The position numbers and the translations under genes are program-made. Positions 9,568 to 21,331 of a DNA stretch of 64,000 bases are shown here, piece after piece; positions within the stretch are counted from its first letter, which is position 1; each line of letters opens with the position of its first letter. The notes below the pieces were generated by a model. The model was not told the origin of the DNA and ran no database searches. It saw only the letters and a list, made by a program, of their open reading frames with translations. The stretch comes from Marinicella sp. (GTDB lineage Bacteria; Pseudomonadota; Gammaproteobacteria; Xanthomonadales; Marinicellaceae): contig OZ246001.1 of NCBI GenBank assembly GCA_965230295.1, positions 3,944,075 to 4,008,074 on the forward strand. The letters run 5' to 3'.

Positions 9568-9848
9568 CACATGTTTTCCACTTCTTTATCCAACGGATAA
9601 AACGTTGGGTGACGATAAACTTTGTCCTCTGCAGGATCAAACCATTCATGCTCTTGTTCTGGATTTGATGAAGTAATTTTCTCAGCTTCAACCACCCAAA
9701 TACTCACGCCTTCCTTTCTGCGCGTGTAAACATCCCTGGCATTGAGCAATGCCATTTGGGCATCACTGGCATGTAAAGACCCCACATGGCGATGGTTCAA
9801 ACCGGACTTGGCTCGGATAAATACTTCAAATAATTTTAATTCTGACAT
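9567..9848 (-). CDS. paaB: Phenylacetyl-CoA epoxidase subunit PaaB
   Basis: FEVFIR..GLNHRHVGSLHA.D..MAL..ARDVYTRR.EGVSIWVV and DKVYRHPTFY. Confidence 0.95.
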   Translation of the reverse strand: MSELKLFEVFIRAKSGLNHRHVGSLHASDAQMALLNARDVYTRRKEGVSIWVVEAEKITSSNPEQEHEWFDPAEDKVYRHPTFYPLDKEVENM

Positions 9849-10831
9849 TAAGCTGCCTCACTGTCTGTTTTTTCACTTTGTTGCTGATGATAAACATCAG
9901 CCGCTTCTCGAACCCACGCGCCATTTTCATGGGCATCAATTCGGGCTTGTAAACGTTCTTTATTACATGGCCCATTGCCTTTGATGACTTGGATTAATTC
10001 ATTGAAATCGATTTCCCCATGGTCGTAATGGCCCGTTTCTTCATTCCACTTCAATTCAGGGTCTGGAATGGTCAACCCCAAATGTTCAGCCTGCGGCACA
10101 GTGGCATCGATGAATTTCTGCCGCAAGTCATCATTAGAAAAGCGCTTAATTTTCCATTTCATAGAAAGGGCCGAATGGGTGGAATCCTTGTCACTGGGTC
10201 CAAACATCATCAAAGCTGGCCACCAAGTTCGATTCAGCGCCCTTTGGGCCATTTCTTTTTGTGTTTTGGTACCACGAGCCAGAACAGTCATGATTTCATA
10301 ACCTTGACGTTGGTGAAAGCTCTCTTCTTTACAAATTCTGACCATCGAACGTGCATAAGGACCATATGAAGCCCTGCACAAAGGCACTTGATTCATGATG
10401 GCTGCACCATCTACCAGCCAACCAATGGCCCCCATATCTGCCCAAGATGGTGTTGGATAATTAAAGATTGATGAATACTTGGCTTTTCCTGTTAACAGTT
10501 CATCGGTCAATTGATCACGACTGACACCCAGGGTTTCAGTGGCTGAGTAGATATATAAACCATGACCCGCTTCATCTTGTACTTTAGCCAATAGAATCAT
10601 TTTTCGATTCAATGTAGGCGCTCTGGTGATCCAATTGCCTTCAGGTAACTGGCCCACTATTTCTGAATGGGCATGCTGCGACATCTGTCTGATCAATGTT
10701 TTGCGATAAGCTGCAGGCATCCAGTCGCGAGGTTCTATTTTTTCCTCACGATCAATTTTTGCTTGAAACTCTGCCAGCAACTCGGCTGGTTCATCTTGCC
10801 CTTTGGCGTCAGTTAAACCTTGTGAATACAT
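9848..10831 (-). CDS. paaA: Phenylacetyl-CoA epoxidase subunit PaaA (di-iron)
   Basis: [52 protein letters not shown]. Confidence 0.96.
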   Translation of the reverse strand: MYSQGLTDAKGQDEPAELLAEFQAKIDREEKIEPRDWMPAAYRKTLIRQMSQHAHSEIVGQLPEGNWITRAPTLNRKMILLAKVQDEAGHGLYIYSATETLGVSRDQLTDELLTGKAKYSSIFNYPTPSWADMGAIGWLVDGAAIMNQVPLCRASYGPYARSMVRICKEESFHQRQGYEIMTVLARGTKTQKEMAQRALNRTWWPALMMFGPSDKDSTHSALSMKWKIKRFSNDDLRQKFIDATVPQAEHLGLTIPDPELKWNEETGHYDHGEIDFNELIQVIKGNGPCNKERLQARIDAHENGAWVREAADVYHQQQSEKTDSEAA

Positions 10832-10892
10832 GATTATCTCTTGTTAAGTTATGTTTATTATCATTAAACCCAAATTTGATTGAATCCTCGAA

Positions 10893-12104
10893 TCAATCGC
10901 TCACCCTTTTCAGTAACAAAGCCATACCTTGGCCTACCCCTACACACATGGTGCACAGTGCATATTTTCCATTTGTCCTGCGCAATTGACGAGTTGCAGT
11001 TAATGCCATTCTGGCACCACTCATACCCAAAGGATGTCCCAATGCAATCGCACCACCATTGGGATTAACCCGCTCATCATCATCAGCAACACCGAGCATC
11101 CTCAGTACAGCCAGTCCTTGTGAAGCAAAAGCTTCATTCAATTCAATCACATCAATGTCATCTATATCCAGGTCATACCGTTTAAGCAATTGTTGAGTTG
11201 CTGGAACGGGACCAATACCCATGACATCAGGATCGACGCCGGCCACATTGGCACCGATAAATTCTGCCAGGGGTTGTAGTCCATATTTTTCTACAGCTGC
11301 TTCAGACGCCAACAACAGTGCACAAGCGCCATCGTTGACTCCTGATGCATTACCTGCGGTTACCGTACCATTGACTTTAAATGGTGTGCCCAGTTGGGCC
11401 AGTTTTTCCAATTTGGTATTGGCACGTGGATGTTCATCGGTATCTATAATGATGTCATCACCCTTTCGTTTCGGGATGGTCACAGGAACGATCTCTTCAT
11501 TGAAGATGCCATTGGCTTGTGCTGCTGCGGTCTTTTGTTGACTGCGATAAGCAAATAGATCCTGGTCCTCTCGGCTGACATTAAACTTCTCAGCCACATT
11601 CTCTCCGGTTTCAGGCATTGAGTCAGTTCCATACATCTGTTGCAGCTTTGGATTAATGAATCGCCAACCAATGGTGGTGTCATAAATTTCCGCTTTTCTT
11701 GAAAAAGCGCTGTCAGCCTTGGGCATCACCAAAGGTGCTCGTGACATAGACTCGACGCCGCCGGCCACCATGACTTGTGCGTCACCAAAAGCAATGGTTC
11801 TGGCTGCCATTGCTATGGCGTCTAAACCTGATGCACACAGTCGATTGACTGTCATACCAGCTATGTTGGTTGGTAAACCAGCCAATAAAGCCGACATTTT
11901 AGCTACATTTCGATTGTCCTCGCCGGCTTGATTGGCACAACCTGCTATCACATCATCTATGTCATCAACCGGTAATTGTTGGTTTCTGTCAGTCAATGTT
12001 TTAATGACTTGAGCCAACAGGTCATCAGGTCTGACACTGGACAATCCACCTGCATACCGTCCGATGGGAGTTCTGACCCCATCACATATATAAACCTTAC
12101 TCAT
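10893..12104 (-). CDS. paaJ: 3-oxoadipyl-CoA thiolase (PaaJ/PcaF)
   Basis: GCANQAGEDNRNVA, NRLCASG, NEAFA, GHPLGMSG, CVGVGQG; located inside the paa cluster. Confidence 0.88.
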   Translation of the reverse strand: MSKVYICDGVRTPIGRYAGGLSSVRPDDLLAQVIKTLTDRNQQLPVDDIDDVIAGCANQAGEDNRNVAKMSALLAGLPTNIAGMTVNRLCASGLDAIAMAARTIAFGDAQVMVAGGVESMSRAPLVMPKADSAFSRKAEIYDTTIGWRFINPKLQQMYGTDSMPETGENVAEKFNVSREDQDLFAYRSQQKTAAAQANGIFNEEIVPVTIPKRKGDDIIIDTDEHPRANTKLEKLAQLGTPFKVNGTVTAGNASGVNDGACALLLASEAAVEKYGLQPLAEFIGANVAGVDPDVMGIGPVPATQQLLKRYDLDIDDIDVIELNEAFASQGLAVLRMLGVADDDERVNPNGGAIALGHPLGMSGARMALTATRQLRRTNGKYALCTMCVGVGQGMALLLKRVSD

Positions 12105-13573
12105 GTCAAGTTCCTGATGTATGGTGAAAGCCGGTAGCGATCATCACCAAACCATTTTTGTAAATTTTCTAAAGCAGTGGCGACATGATTCCACCCCAAC
12201 TCTTCGGCAAATGCCAACAGTCCCTTGGGATAATTGACACCATAACGCATGGCCAAATCGACATCTTTGGCAGTACAAACACCATTGAAAACAGCATCAG
12301 CAGCCTCATTGATCAACATCGCCATGGTTCTTAATGCAATCATGCCAGGTTGATCAGCAGATTCTATCACTTGTTTGCCCATCTTATTGAACACCGCGAC
12401 GATGCGATTGCGCATGAATTGATTTACTGATGGACTGAAACAAAGGTTTACCGATTGGCTTTTCTGATAATCAAAAGACAGATCGACCAAACAGACAGGC
12501 AAGCCATTTTCTCGTTCTATATCTTTGGCTAAACGACCGTCACACATTTGCAGCAGACAACCACTGATGATGACTTCATCACCTTCCCATTTGCGCTTAT
12601 CGTATTCGAATTCACAAAACATTTCACTGAAGAAGGTCATTTCTTCAGGCACTGTGATTTGATCAAACTCAGCTTCACTGTGGATGTATTCAACCTTCGG
12701 TTTGGCAGCACCATCTGCGTGCTTATAAAACCCCTGATTGGTTTTTTTACCCAGCAAATTGGCATTGACCATTTCACTTTGAATCAACGATGGTCTGAAT
12801 TTAGGGTCGTTATGCATGGCTTGATAAACGGTTTTGCTGACTGCGTAATTGATGTCAATACCAATCAAATCCATCAATGCAAATGGTCCCATCCTGAACC
12901 CAGCTGCTTCAGTCATTACCGCATCAATGTGGTAAAAAGTGGCCAGTTGTTCTTGTAACATTTTCAATGTTTCACCGTAATAGGAACGGGCCACCCTATT
13001 AACAATAAACCCTGGGGACGAATTGGTTACTACCGCTGTCTTTTTCCATGTAGAACATATTGATTTGGCTTGACTGATATGGTCTTGATGGGTCAGCTGT
13101 CCTGTAACCAGTTCAACCAATTTCATCACCGGTGCCGGATTAAAAAAATGCATGCCAAACAATCGACCGGGTTCTTTCAAAGCAGCTGCAATGGCAGTGA
13201 TGGAAATCGAAGAAGTGTTGGTCGCTAATAACGCTTCGCTTGAGGTGATGACTTCCAGTTTTTTGAACAATTCCTGCTTGATTGAAAGGTCTTCAACAAT
13301 GGCCTCAATAACCAAATCGCAAGCGCTGAAATGAGCCAGGTCATCTACCAACTCAATGCGGCCCATCAAATCGGCGATCTGTTCTTTGGTGATTTTGCCA
13401 CGAAATGCCCTTCTCTTAAGTCGATCGTGAAGCTTTTCCATCGCACCTTGGGCAAATTCCTGACTGAGGTCATACAAAACCACATGCTGACCAAAGCTGG
13501 CAGCGACTTCACAAATACCGATCCCCATGGTACCGGCTCCAACAACACCTACATTGTTTATTGATTCACTCAT
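12101..13573 (-). CDS. paaH: 3-hydroxyacyl-CoA dehydrogenase PaaH
   Basis: GVVGAGTMG, NTSSISIT, GMHFFNPAPVMKLVE, PGFIVNR, duplicated C-terminal domain; paa context. Confidence 0.88.
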   Translation of the reverse strand: MSESINNVGVVGAGTMGIGICEVAASFGQHVVLYDLSQEFAQGAMEKLHDRLKRRAFRGKITKEQIADLMGRIELVDDLAHFSACDLVIEAIVEDLSIKQELFKKLEVITSSEALLATNTSSISITAIAAALKEPGRLFGMHFFNPAPVMKLVELVTGQLTHQDHISQAKSICSTWKKTAVVTNSSPGFIVNRVARSYYGETLKMLQEQLATFYHIDAVMTEAAGFRMGPFALMDLIGIDINYAVSKTVYQAMHNDPKFRPSLIQSEMVNANLLGKKTNQGFYKHADGAAKPKVEYIHSEAEFDQITVPEEMTFFSEMFCEFEYDKRKWEGDEVIISGCLLQMCDGRLAKDIERENGLPVCLVDLSFDYQKSQSVNLCFSPSVNQFMRNRIVAVFNKMGKQVIESADQPGMIALRTMAMLINEAADAVFNGVCTAKDVDLAMRYGVNYPKGLLAFAEELGWNHVATALENLQKWFGDDRYRLSPYIRNLT

Positions 13574-14376
13574 TATCGGCCTTTAAAAATTGGTTTTCTT
13601 TTTTCATTGAATGCAGCAACACCTTCAGCAAAATCATCGCTCAATCCACATATCCGTTGCACATCTCTTTCCCTGTCCAGGTGTTCACCATAACGGTTAC
13701 TGAAGGACTCATCAAAAATGTTCTTGATGAATGACAGGGCCCGGGTTGGTCTTGATGCCAGCTGAGTCACCAATTCATCAACCTGCTGCTCAAAAGATTC
13801 GTCTTCATATGTCTGGTATATCATGCCCATAGCCACCGCTTCATCGGCACTAACAGGAGTACCTAGCATGGTGATGGCTTTGGCTCGAGCTAAACCGACT
13901 AATTTGGCCAACACCCATGTCCCGTTACAATCAGGAATCAATCCTATTGATGAAAAAGCCTGGATAAATTTTGCCGACTTTTTAGCAACCACAATATCGC
14001 AATTCAATGCCATGTTTGCACCCGCTCCGGCTGCAACTCCATTCACTGCACAAACCACTGGTGCTTGAATGGCTTTCAACAACCTGAGGTTTTTATTGAA
14101 TCCATTTTCAAGCTTTTCACCTAAATCAGTTTTTTCACCTTGTTTGGTCAAACGTTCACCCAAATCTGCACCAGCACTGAAACCGCGACCTTCACCGGTT
14201 AAAAGGACACACCTCACTTCACCATGATTGACAATGTCATTGAGCACGAGATGGAGTTCTTGATGCATTTGATCTGAAAATGAATTTAATTTATCGGGTC
14301 GGTTTAGGGTGATGGTGGCGATCTGCCGGTCGATCACATATTTGATGGTTTGTAAGTCTTTAAAAAGATCCGTCAT
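13573..14376 (-). CDS. paaG: 2-(1,2-epoxy-1,2-dihydrophenyl)acetyl-CoA isomerase (crotonase family)
   Basis: LNRPDKLNSF, GRGFSAGADL, AVNGVAAGAGANMAL, IGLIPDCNGTW (PaaG-type catalytic Asp); SD GGGG before ATG 14376. Confidence 0.85.
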   Translation of the reverse strand: MTDLFKDLQTIKYVIDRQIATITLNRPDKLNSFSDQMHQELHLVLNDIVNHGEVRCVLLTGEGRGFSAGADLGERLTKQGEKTDLGEKLENGFNKNLRLLKAIQAPVVCAVNGVAAGAGANMALNCDIVVAKKSAKFIQAFSSIGLIPDCNGTWVLAKLVGLARAKAITMLGTPVSADEAVAMGMIYQTYEDESFEQQVDELVTQLASRPTRALSFIKNIFDESFSNRYGEHLDRERDVQRICGLSDDFAEGVAAFNEKRKPIFKGR

Positions 14377-14672
14377 GGTGTCCCCAATGGTCAAATTTCT
14401 TAATGGCATTATTATACTTTAGTTTTGACTTTTGCATTGAACCAGAACCGTCTTTTTCAAAGAAAAAAACGCGGGTTTTTTGGTGTTTGATTGATGACTG
14501 CCTGATTCAAAGTGATCAAACCATGACAAAATATGGTCACTCAAGCCAACTTTATGTCAGTTAATTGATTATCAGCAAGATAATGACAAAACATTTGAGT
14601 GACCCTGGCATTCAATTTACTTTTTACAGCCCATCCTTTAAACTGATTGTTGTGTGTAAAGTGTGTGTCCAT

Positions 14673-16100
14673 GTGAAGTTTCTTATACTTCTGCTGGGCT
14701 GTGTTCCTTGGCTGTTAAAAGCTCAAGACCTAACAGCCAAAGAAGAAGTGTTTGATAAACCAGAATCAATCAAATACTGTATTGATCCTAAATGGTTCCC
14801 ATATGAAAGTATTGATCAAAACCAACACATAGGCATATCTTCTGATTTCATTCAACTATTTCAAGCACATACTGGTATAAAAGCTGAATTGGTCATCACC
14901 AAGAATTGGCTACACACTATAGATCTTTTGAAACAAGGCATGTGTGATTTGACACCGATGCTTAATTACACCGAAGAACGTGCTCAATTTCTTGAATTCA
15001 GTGAGGTTTGGTACCGCTCACCTAATGTCTTGATTTCTCTAAAAGATGAACCATTCTTACAAGGCCTGGAAAACTTAGAAAGCCGATCTGTGGCCTTGAC
15101 TGAAGGTTATCGGATAACCGGCTATGTCAGCAAACATTATCCACAGATTGATTACATCGAAGTTCCTGACGAAGTCACAGGCATTCAATCAGTGCGCAGT
15201 GAAGATGTTGATGTTTTTATTGGTAGCATGTTATCAGTCAACAATTACATTCAAGTCAACGGATACCATGAACTACAGATTGCTGGATGGGCTGGACCAG
15301 AAGATTTATTTCGTGTAGGTGTCACCAAACAAAACATTGCATTGATTCCAATCTTCAATGATTTCATCATGCAAATCAGTGAAGCAGAAAGAATCAGCAT
15401 GCATAAAAAATGGAACAACATCACTTTTGTTGATAACACCAATTACGCACTGATGAAAAACATCATCATCATATTCAGCCTGATTGCATTGAGCGGTATT
15501 ATGTATAACTTATTGATCAGAAAAGTTAATCGAAAACTGGTTATACAAAATCAAGAGCTCACCAGACTCAAATCCGAATTAACCAAGAGCAATCAGGAGC
15601 TGCTGTTTTTAACCCACCACGACCTGTTAACCCAGGTGTATAACCGGCATTATTTCAATCAGGTTATTGATCAATCTGACACCCAAATTGACACCAAGAA
15701 CCCACTTTGTTTGGTGTTTTTTGATATTGATCACTTTAAATCCATCAATGACCTGTATGGACACACCATGGGTGACAAGGTACTTAAAGCCATTGCATCT
15801 TCCGTAAAGAAACTGCTATCTGAAGAACATATTCTGGTCCGCTGGGGAGGAGAAGAATTTATCATTCTGTGTCAGCAAACCGATGAATTAGGTGCCCGCA
15901 GACTGTGTCAGAATATCAAGCACAGCTTAAGAAACCTGAACATTAATCCCATAGACTCCATCACCTGTAGTTTTGGGATTGCCAAAAAACTGCCAGATGA
16001 GTCAGTAATGAGGTGCATTGAACGGGCAGATCGGGCCATGTATCAAGCCAAATCCAATGGACGCAACCAAATCATAACTGATCAGATGACAGGATCATGA
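14673..16100 (+). CDS. Diguanylate cyclase with periplasmic solute-binding (PBP2/BvgS-like) sensor domain
   Basis: Signal segment, PBP domain (IDPKWFPYE), TM helix, DIDHFKSIND and RWGGEEF. Start is uncertain; the ORF track opens at 14565. Confidence 0.88.
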   Translation: MKFLILLLGCVPWLLKAQDLTAKEEVFDKPESIKYCIDPKWFPYESIDQNQHIGISSDFIQLFQAHTGIKAELVITKNWLHTIDLLKQGMCDLTPMLNYTEERAQFLEFSEVWYRSPNVLISLKDEPFLQGLENLESRSVALTEGYRITGYVSKHYPQIDYIEVPDEVTGIQSVRSEDVDVFIGSMLSVNNYIQVNGYHELQIAGWAGPEDLFRVGVTKQNIALIPIFNDFIMQISEAERISMHKKWNNITFVDNTNYALMKNIIIIFSLIALSGIMYNLLIRKVNRKLVIQNQELTRLKSELTKSNQELLFLTHHDLLTQVYNRHYFNQVIDQSDTQIDTKNPLCLVFFDIDHFKSINDLYGHTMGDKVLKAIASSVKKLLSEEHILVRWGGEEFIILCQQTDELGARRLCQNIKHSLRNLNINPIDSITCSFGIAKKLPDESVMRCIERADRAMYQAKSNGRNQIITDQMTGS

Positions 16101-16198
16101 TTCGCATTAAAATCGTTCTTTAACTTTATCCAACGACTTGCCTACGGTACGAAGGGAATCGGATATCTGATACAATCAGATTTATTTAGGTTTGTGCC

Positions 16199-17749
16199 AT
16201 GTCAAAGTTTACCCCCATATTCTGCGTATTGCTCAGCACTGTTTCACATGCATTCACATGGCCTGAAGCCACGCCAGAACAAGTTGGTTTGGATCCTGAA
16301 TATATTGAATCAGCCATTGAAATGATTGAATCAGGTGATGTTGGCCAAATCAGATCCCTGATTATTATTAAAGATGGCTATCTAGTTACAGAAAAGTATT
16401 TTAGTAACCAGGGTGAAAAAAGACCCGTCTATTCGGTGACCAAAAGTATTGGGTCCGCTCTACTTGGCATAGCCAAATACCAAGGAGCAGACATCAATTT
16501 AAATGACCCCATGATGAGCTATTTGCCACAGTACAATGACATCCCAAATATTTTGCAAGTGCAAGCCGTTACGTTACATGATTTGTTGGCACAACGACAT
16601 GGATACAACTGGGATGAATGGATTGTCCCATATGGCAACCCCAACAACCCTGTTTCGCAAATGCTGCGCCAGTTCGATTGGTATCGGTTTGCACTTCAGT
16701 GGCCTATCTTTCAGGCACCCGATCAATTTTTTGCCTACAGCACGGGACATTCTTCATTGATGAGCCCAATACTCGAGAATCGAACTGGCAGAGATGTCTA
16801 CGAGTTTGCTACCAATGAACTTTTTGAACCGTTAGGAATCACTGACACTCATTGGGAATTGATAGACGGTGGAGGCACCCAGGGACAGGGCATCGCGTCA
16901 TTCCCTTACGGCACCGAACCACTGGGATTTGGTTTGTGGTTAAAGCCCATTGATATGGCAAAAGTTGGAGAGCTATACCGCCTCAATGGAGTTTGGGGCG
17001 GAACCCGCATACTCAGTTCAGAATGGGTTGAAAAATCTGTCCAAAGATACAGTGACGGTAACAGTGACAGCAGTGTATTTTCTGACGAATTCAGTGGTTA
17101 TGGATATCAATGGTGGAGCTTGCGGTTTGTAGATCGCTTGAACCAAACTACGGACACTTATTACGCTGATGGATATGGCAGACAGTTCATCATGGTCATG
17201 CCAGAATTGAATGCCACCATCGTCTCCACAGCAGACGACTATGGAGTACGTGGCCCTGGAATTGGAACCGTCTTACGCGAACACTTGTTATTGGCATTTG
17301 ACCGCGGAGAACAAAGTGCCATCAACATCACCCATGATTTAAACGGCTCATGGTACTGGCCAGAAAACACAGGACAAGGCATTGATTTCCAAATCCTGAA
17401 TGAAGGCAACACCATTGCCGGTTATTGGTATACCTATGAGCAAGAAGGGGGTGCTCAACGCTGGTTTGCATTCCAAGGCGATGTCAATAGCGACTTAGCC
17501 ACATTCAACATTTACAGCACTGCAGGTGGTGGTTTCGTTGTGGGTGAAACACCTGAGATAGCTGTTTGGGGCGTGGGATCTTTGCTGGCTTACGACTGTT
17601 TTTCCGGGTTATTCAGGTATGAATCAAGCTCTGAGGGAGTCAGTGGCGAAATTCCGCTGACAAGACTTTCCGCCTCAACAGGTGCATGCTTAGAGAACAC
17701 CAAAAAGAACTCTAAAAAGAAGAATAACAGATATGGATACATCCCATAA
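16199..17749 (+). CDS. Exported serine hydrolase (class C beta-lactamase-like family) with extra C-terminal beta domain
   Basis: Signal peptide; SxxK (YSVTKS), FAYS, YGYQWW, ADGYGRQ; C-terminal LNGSWYWPENTGQG...WYTYE...RWF module. Confidence 0.82.
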   Translation: MSKFTPIFCVLLSTVSHAFTWPEATPEQVGLDPEYIESAIEMIESGDVGQIRSLIIIKDGYLVTEKYFSNQGEKRPVYSVTKSIGSALLGIAKYQGADINLNDPMMSYLPQYNDIPNILQVQAVTLHDLLAQRHGYNWDEWIVPYGNPNNPVSQMLRQFDWYRFALQWPIFQAPDQFFAYSTGHSSLMSPILENRTGRDVYEFATNELFEPLGITDTHWELIDGGGTQGQGIASFPYGTEPLGFGLWLKPIDMAKVGELYRLNGVWGGTRILSSEWVEKSVQRYSDGNSDSSVFSDEFSGYGYQWWSLRFVDRLNQTTDTYYADGYGRQFIMVMPELNATIVSTADDYGVRGPGIGTVLREHLLLAFDRGEQSAINITHDLNGSWYWPENTGQGIDFQILNEGNTIAGYWYTYEQEGGAQRWFAFQGDVNSDLATFNIYSTAGGGFVVGETPEIAVWGVGSLLAYDCFSGLFRYESSSEGVSGEIPLTRLSASTGACLENTKKNSKKKNNRYGYIP

Positions 17750-17776
17750 AAAACGGGCTCAAGGCCCGCTTTTTTC
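17748..17776. terminator. Bidirectional terminator hairpin
   Basis: AAAAA-CGGGC-TCAAG-GCCCG-CTTTTTT between convergent genes. Confidence 0.7.
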
Positions 17777-17794
17777 ATAACATAGATGTGCTGA

Positions 17795-18607
17795 CTATCC
17801 ACCCAATAGGCCGTTGAGATAACCCATCTTCCAGGCACCGGCAACAGCACCACCCAATACGATAAGGGTGATGATCCATTTCATCATACCACCGCCACTT
17901 TCAGCAGGAACTGAATGGCTGGCTGTATTGGTGGATTTCGGCGGGGCAGTTTTTTTCGAACCTCCTTCTAAAGCAGGATCAGTCATGCCAGGTGTTTGAA
18001 CCAAAAATCTGATGTTATCTAACTTCAGTTCATCGCCTACATTCAAGTCTGCTTTTTCAATCTTCTCACCGTTGACGTACGTGCCATTTGAAGAACCCAA
18101 ATCAGTGACGACCAATCCATCAGCTTCGGCATCAATTTGAGCATGCTTTCTTGAAATGCCATCTGCATTGACACAGATATGACACTCTGAATGGCGACCA
18201 ATAATGGTGGCGCCTCTTAAAGGGTAAGTTTTTCCGAAATAAGCACCAGAAACACCCCTTAAAATAAACTTAGGTAATGCCATTCTGACTCGGGTGCGGT
18301 TGTCATCTTCTTCTTCAACAGCTTCCTCTGTAGGCATGGCTTTCATGTGAACTTGAGCCGCAATTAACAAATCACCTTCCCTGACTTCCTTGGAACTTTT
18401 AACCAACTTACCGTTGACCGATATCAATCTGGCCTCATTATCAATACTGACTGCACAATCACTGCCATCCAAAGTGATGGTGGCATGTATGCCTCCCAAG
18501 CCTTTGTTTTCAATCCTGATATCAGCATGCTCTGAACTACCCAGGGTGTATTTGCCGGTTTGTAGCTGAACATCTGGGTGATCACCATGAGGAAAATGTA
18601 TTTTCAT
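17795..18607 (-). CDS. Tandem FHA-domain protein with C-terminal TM anchor
   Basis: Degenerate N-terminal FHA and canonical FHA (IIGRHSEC, ISRKHA, DLGSSNGTYVNG); hydrophobic C-terminus. Confidence 0.85.
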   Translation of the reverse strand: MKIHFPHGDHPDVQLQTGKYTLGSSEHADIRIENKGLGGIHATITLDGSDCAVSIDNEARLISVNGKLVKSSKEVREGDLLIAAQVHMKAMPTEEAVEEEDDNRTRVRMALPKFILRGVSGAYFGKTYPLRGATIIGRHSECHICVNADGISRKHAQIDAEADGLVVTDLGSSNGTYVNGEKIEKADLNVGDELKLDNIRFLVQTPGMTDPALEGGSKKTAPPKSTNTASHSVPAESGGGMMKWIITLIVLGGAVAGAWKMGYLNGLLGG

Positions 18608-18689
18608 AATTTATGACCTGTTAAACTTTCGATTGATTATAGCAAACAATTACCGCATGACAAATGTTCTTATCATGCAGTTCATTGTA

Positions 18690-20075
<1,386 letters not shown>

Positions 20076-20089
20076 TCAGTGGTCACAAC

Positions 20090-20800
20090 TTAATTAAACT
20101 CATCTTTTTCCCACATGAATGGTTGCTTCTCAGAACTGTGTTTGGTCAACCATTGTTGGTGTGCATCGATTTCTTCGGCATTGGCTGCCACGACTTGTAA
20201 GGGTGGCAAGTCAGTCAAATCAAAAGCCGTGCCTAATTGTGATTCATTGTTCTCATTGCTTAAATCAAGTTTGGTCTGCCCACCTGTCATGGCCAAGTAG
20301 ACTTGTGCCAATATTTCTGAATCTAACAAAGCGCCATGTAAAGTCCTGTGCTCATTGCTGATGCCATACCTTTTACACAAGGCGTCTAAGTTGTTCTTCG
20401 CACCTGGGTGTTTCTTTTTGGCGTATTCTAAGCTGTCGGTGATGGTACAGATGTCTTCCAGTTGGAAATCTTTACCACATAGGCTTAATTCGTGGTTGAT
20501 AAACCCCACATCAAATGGCGCGTTGTGGATCACCAGTTCAGCACCCTCAACAAAAGCCACAAACTCATCAACAACGCGTGAAAAAAGCGGTTTATCAGCC
20601 AAAAAATCATTACTCAAACCATGAACTTCCAAGGCTTCAGCATCCACTTGAAACATGGGGTTGATGTATTGGTGGTAGTGTTCATCAGTGACTTCTCGAT
20701 TGACCACAACCAGCGCTCCAATTTCGATGATTCTGTGTCCGTCTTGTGGCTTCAAACCAGTGGTCTCAGTATCTAACATGATGAGTTTATTATTGATCAT
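20090..20800 (-). CDS. dnaQ: DNA polymerase III epsilon subunit
   Basis: LDTETTG, HNAPFDVGF, HGALLDSEILAQVYLAMTGGQ. Confidence 0.96.
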   Translation of the reverse strand: MINNKLIMLDTETTGLKPQDGHRIIEIGALVVVNREVTDEHYHQYINPMFQVDAEALEVHGLSNDFLADKPLFSRVVDEFVAFVEGAELVIHNAPFDVGFINHELSLCGKDFQLEDICTITDSLEYAKKKHPGAKNNLDALCKRYGISNEHRTLHGALLDSEILAQVYLAMTGGQTKLDLSNENNESQLGTAFDLTDLPPLQVVAANAEEIDAHQQWLTKHSSEKQPFMWEKDEFN

Positions 20801-21249
20801 TGAATCCGCTCCGCTTCTGTTCTTGCAGCTTCATCGACTGCTTCATTTTGTGGGTGTCCAGAGTGACCCTTGACCCAAAACCAGTTGATTTTATGTTGGC
20901 TCAATTGTTGGTCCAACAACCGCCACAAATCTACATTCTTAACTGGGTCTTTCTTATTTCTCATCCAATTTTTGGCTTTCCAGTTTTTCATCCATTCTTG
21001 CGCGCCATCCATGACATATTTTGAATCGGTATAAAGATCAATTTCACACCTTTCTTTGAGTGTTTTCAATGCTTCAATGACCGCGGTCAATTCCATGCGA
21101 TTGTTGGTGGTTTCTTTGGCATGCCCCACAATCATTTTCTCGGTTGATTTATAATTCAATAAGGCCGCCCATCCACCAGGACCGGGGTTTCCTAAACATG
21201 ATCCATCAGTGTAAATTTTTATTTTCTTGGGTGGTCGTTTTGATTCCAT
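20797..21249 (-). CDS. rnhA: Ribonuclease HI
   Basis: YTDGSCLGNPGPGGW, TTNNRMEL, WVKGHSGHPQNE. Confidence 0.96.
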   Translation of the reverse strand: MESKRPPKKIKIYTDGSCLGNPGPGGWAALLNYKSTEKMIVGHAKETTNNRMELTAVIEALKTLKERCEIDLYTDSKYVMDGAQEWMKNWKAKNWMRNKKDPVKNVDLWRLLDQQLSQHKINWFWVKGHSGHPQNEAVDEAARTEAERIQ

Positions 21250-21331
21250 TACATTCACTTGTAATTAAAAAGTTTATCGTGCATGATAAATCATTTATGT
21301 CACAAAAAACACCTCAATTCATAGCTAAATC

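Noticed and set aside
16199-17749. Calling the serine hydrolase a true beta-lactamase resistance gene
   Set aside because: It has SxxK but lacks the class C YxN and KTG motifs (YST and ADG instead), so it is more like the esterase/amidase members of the family.
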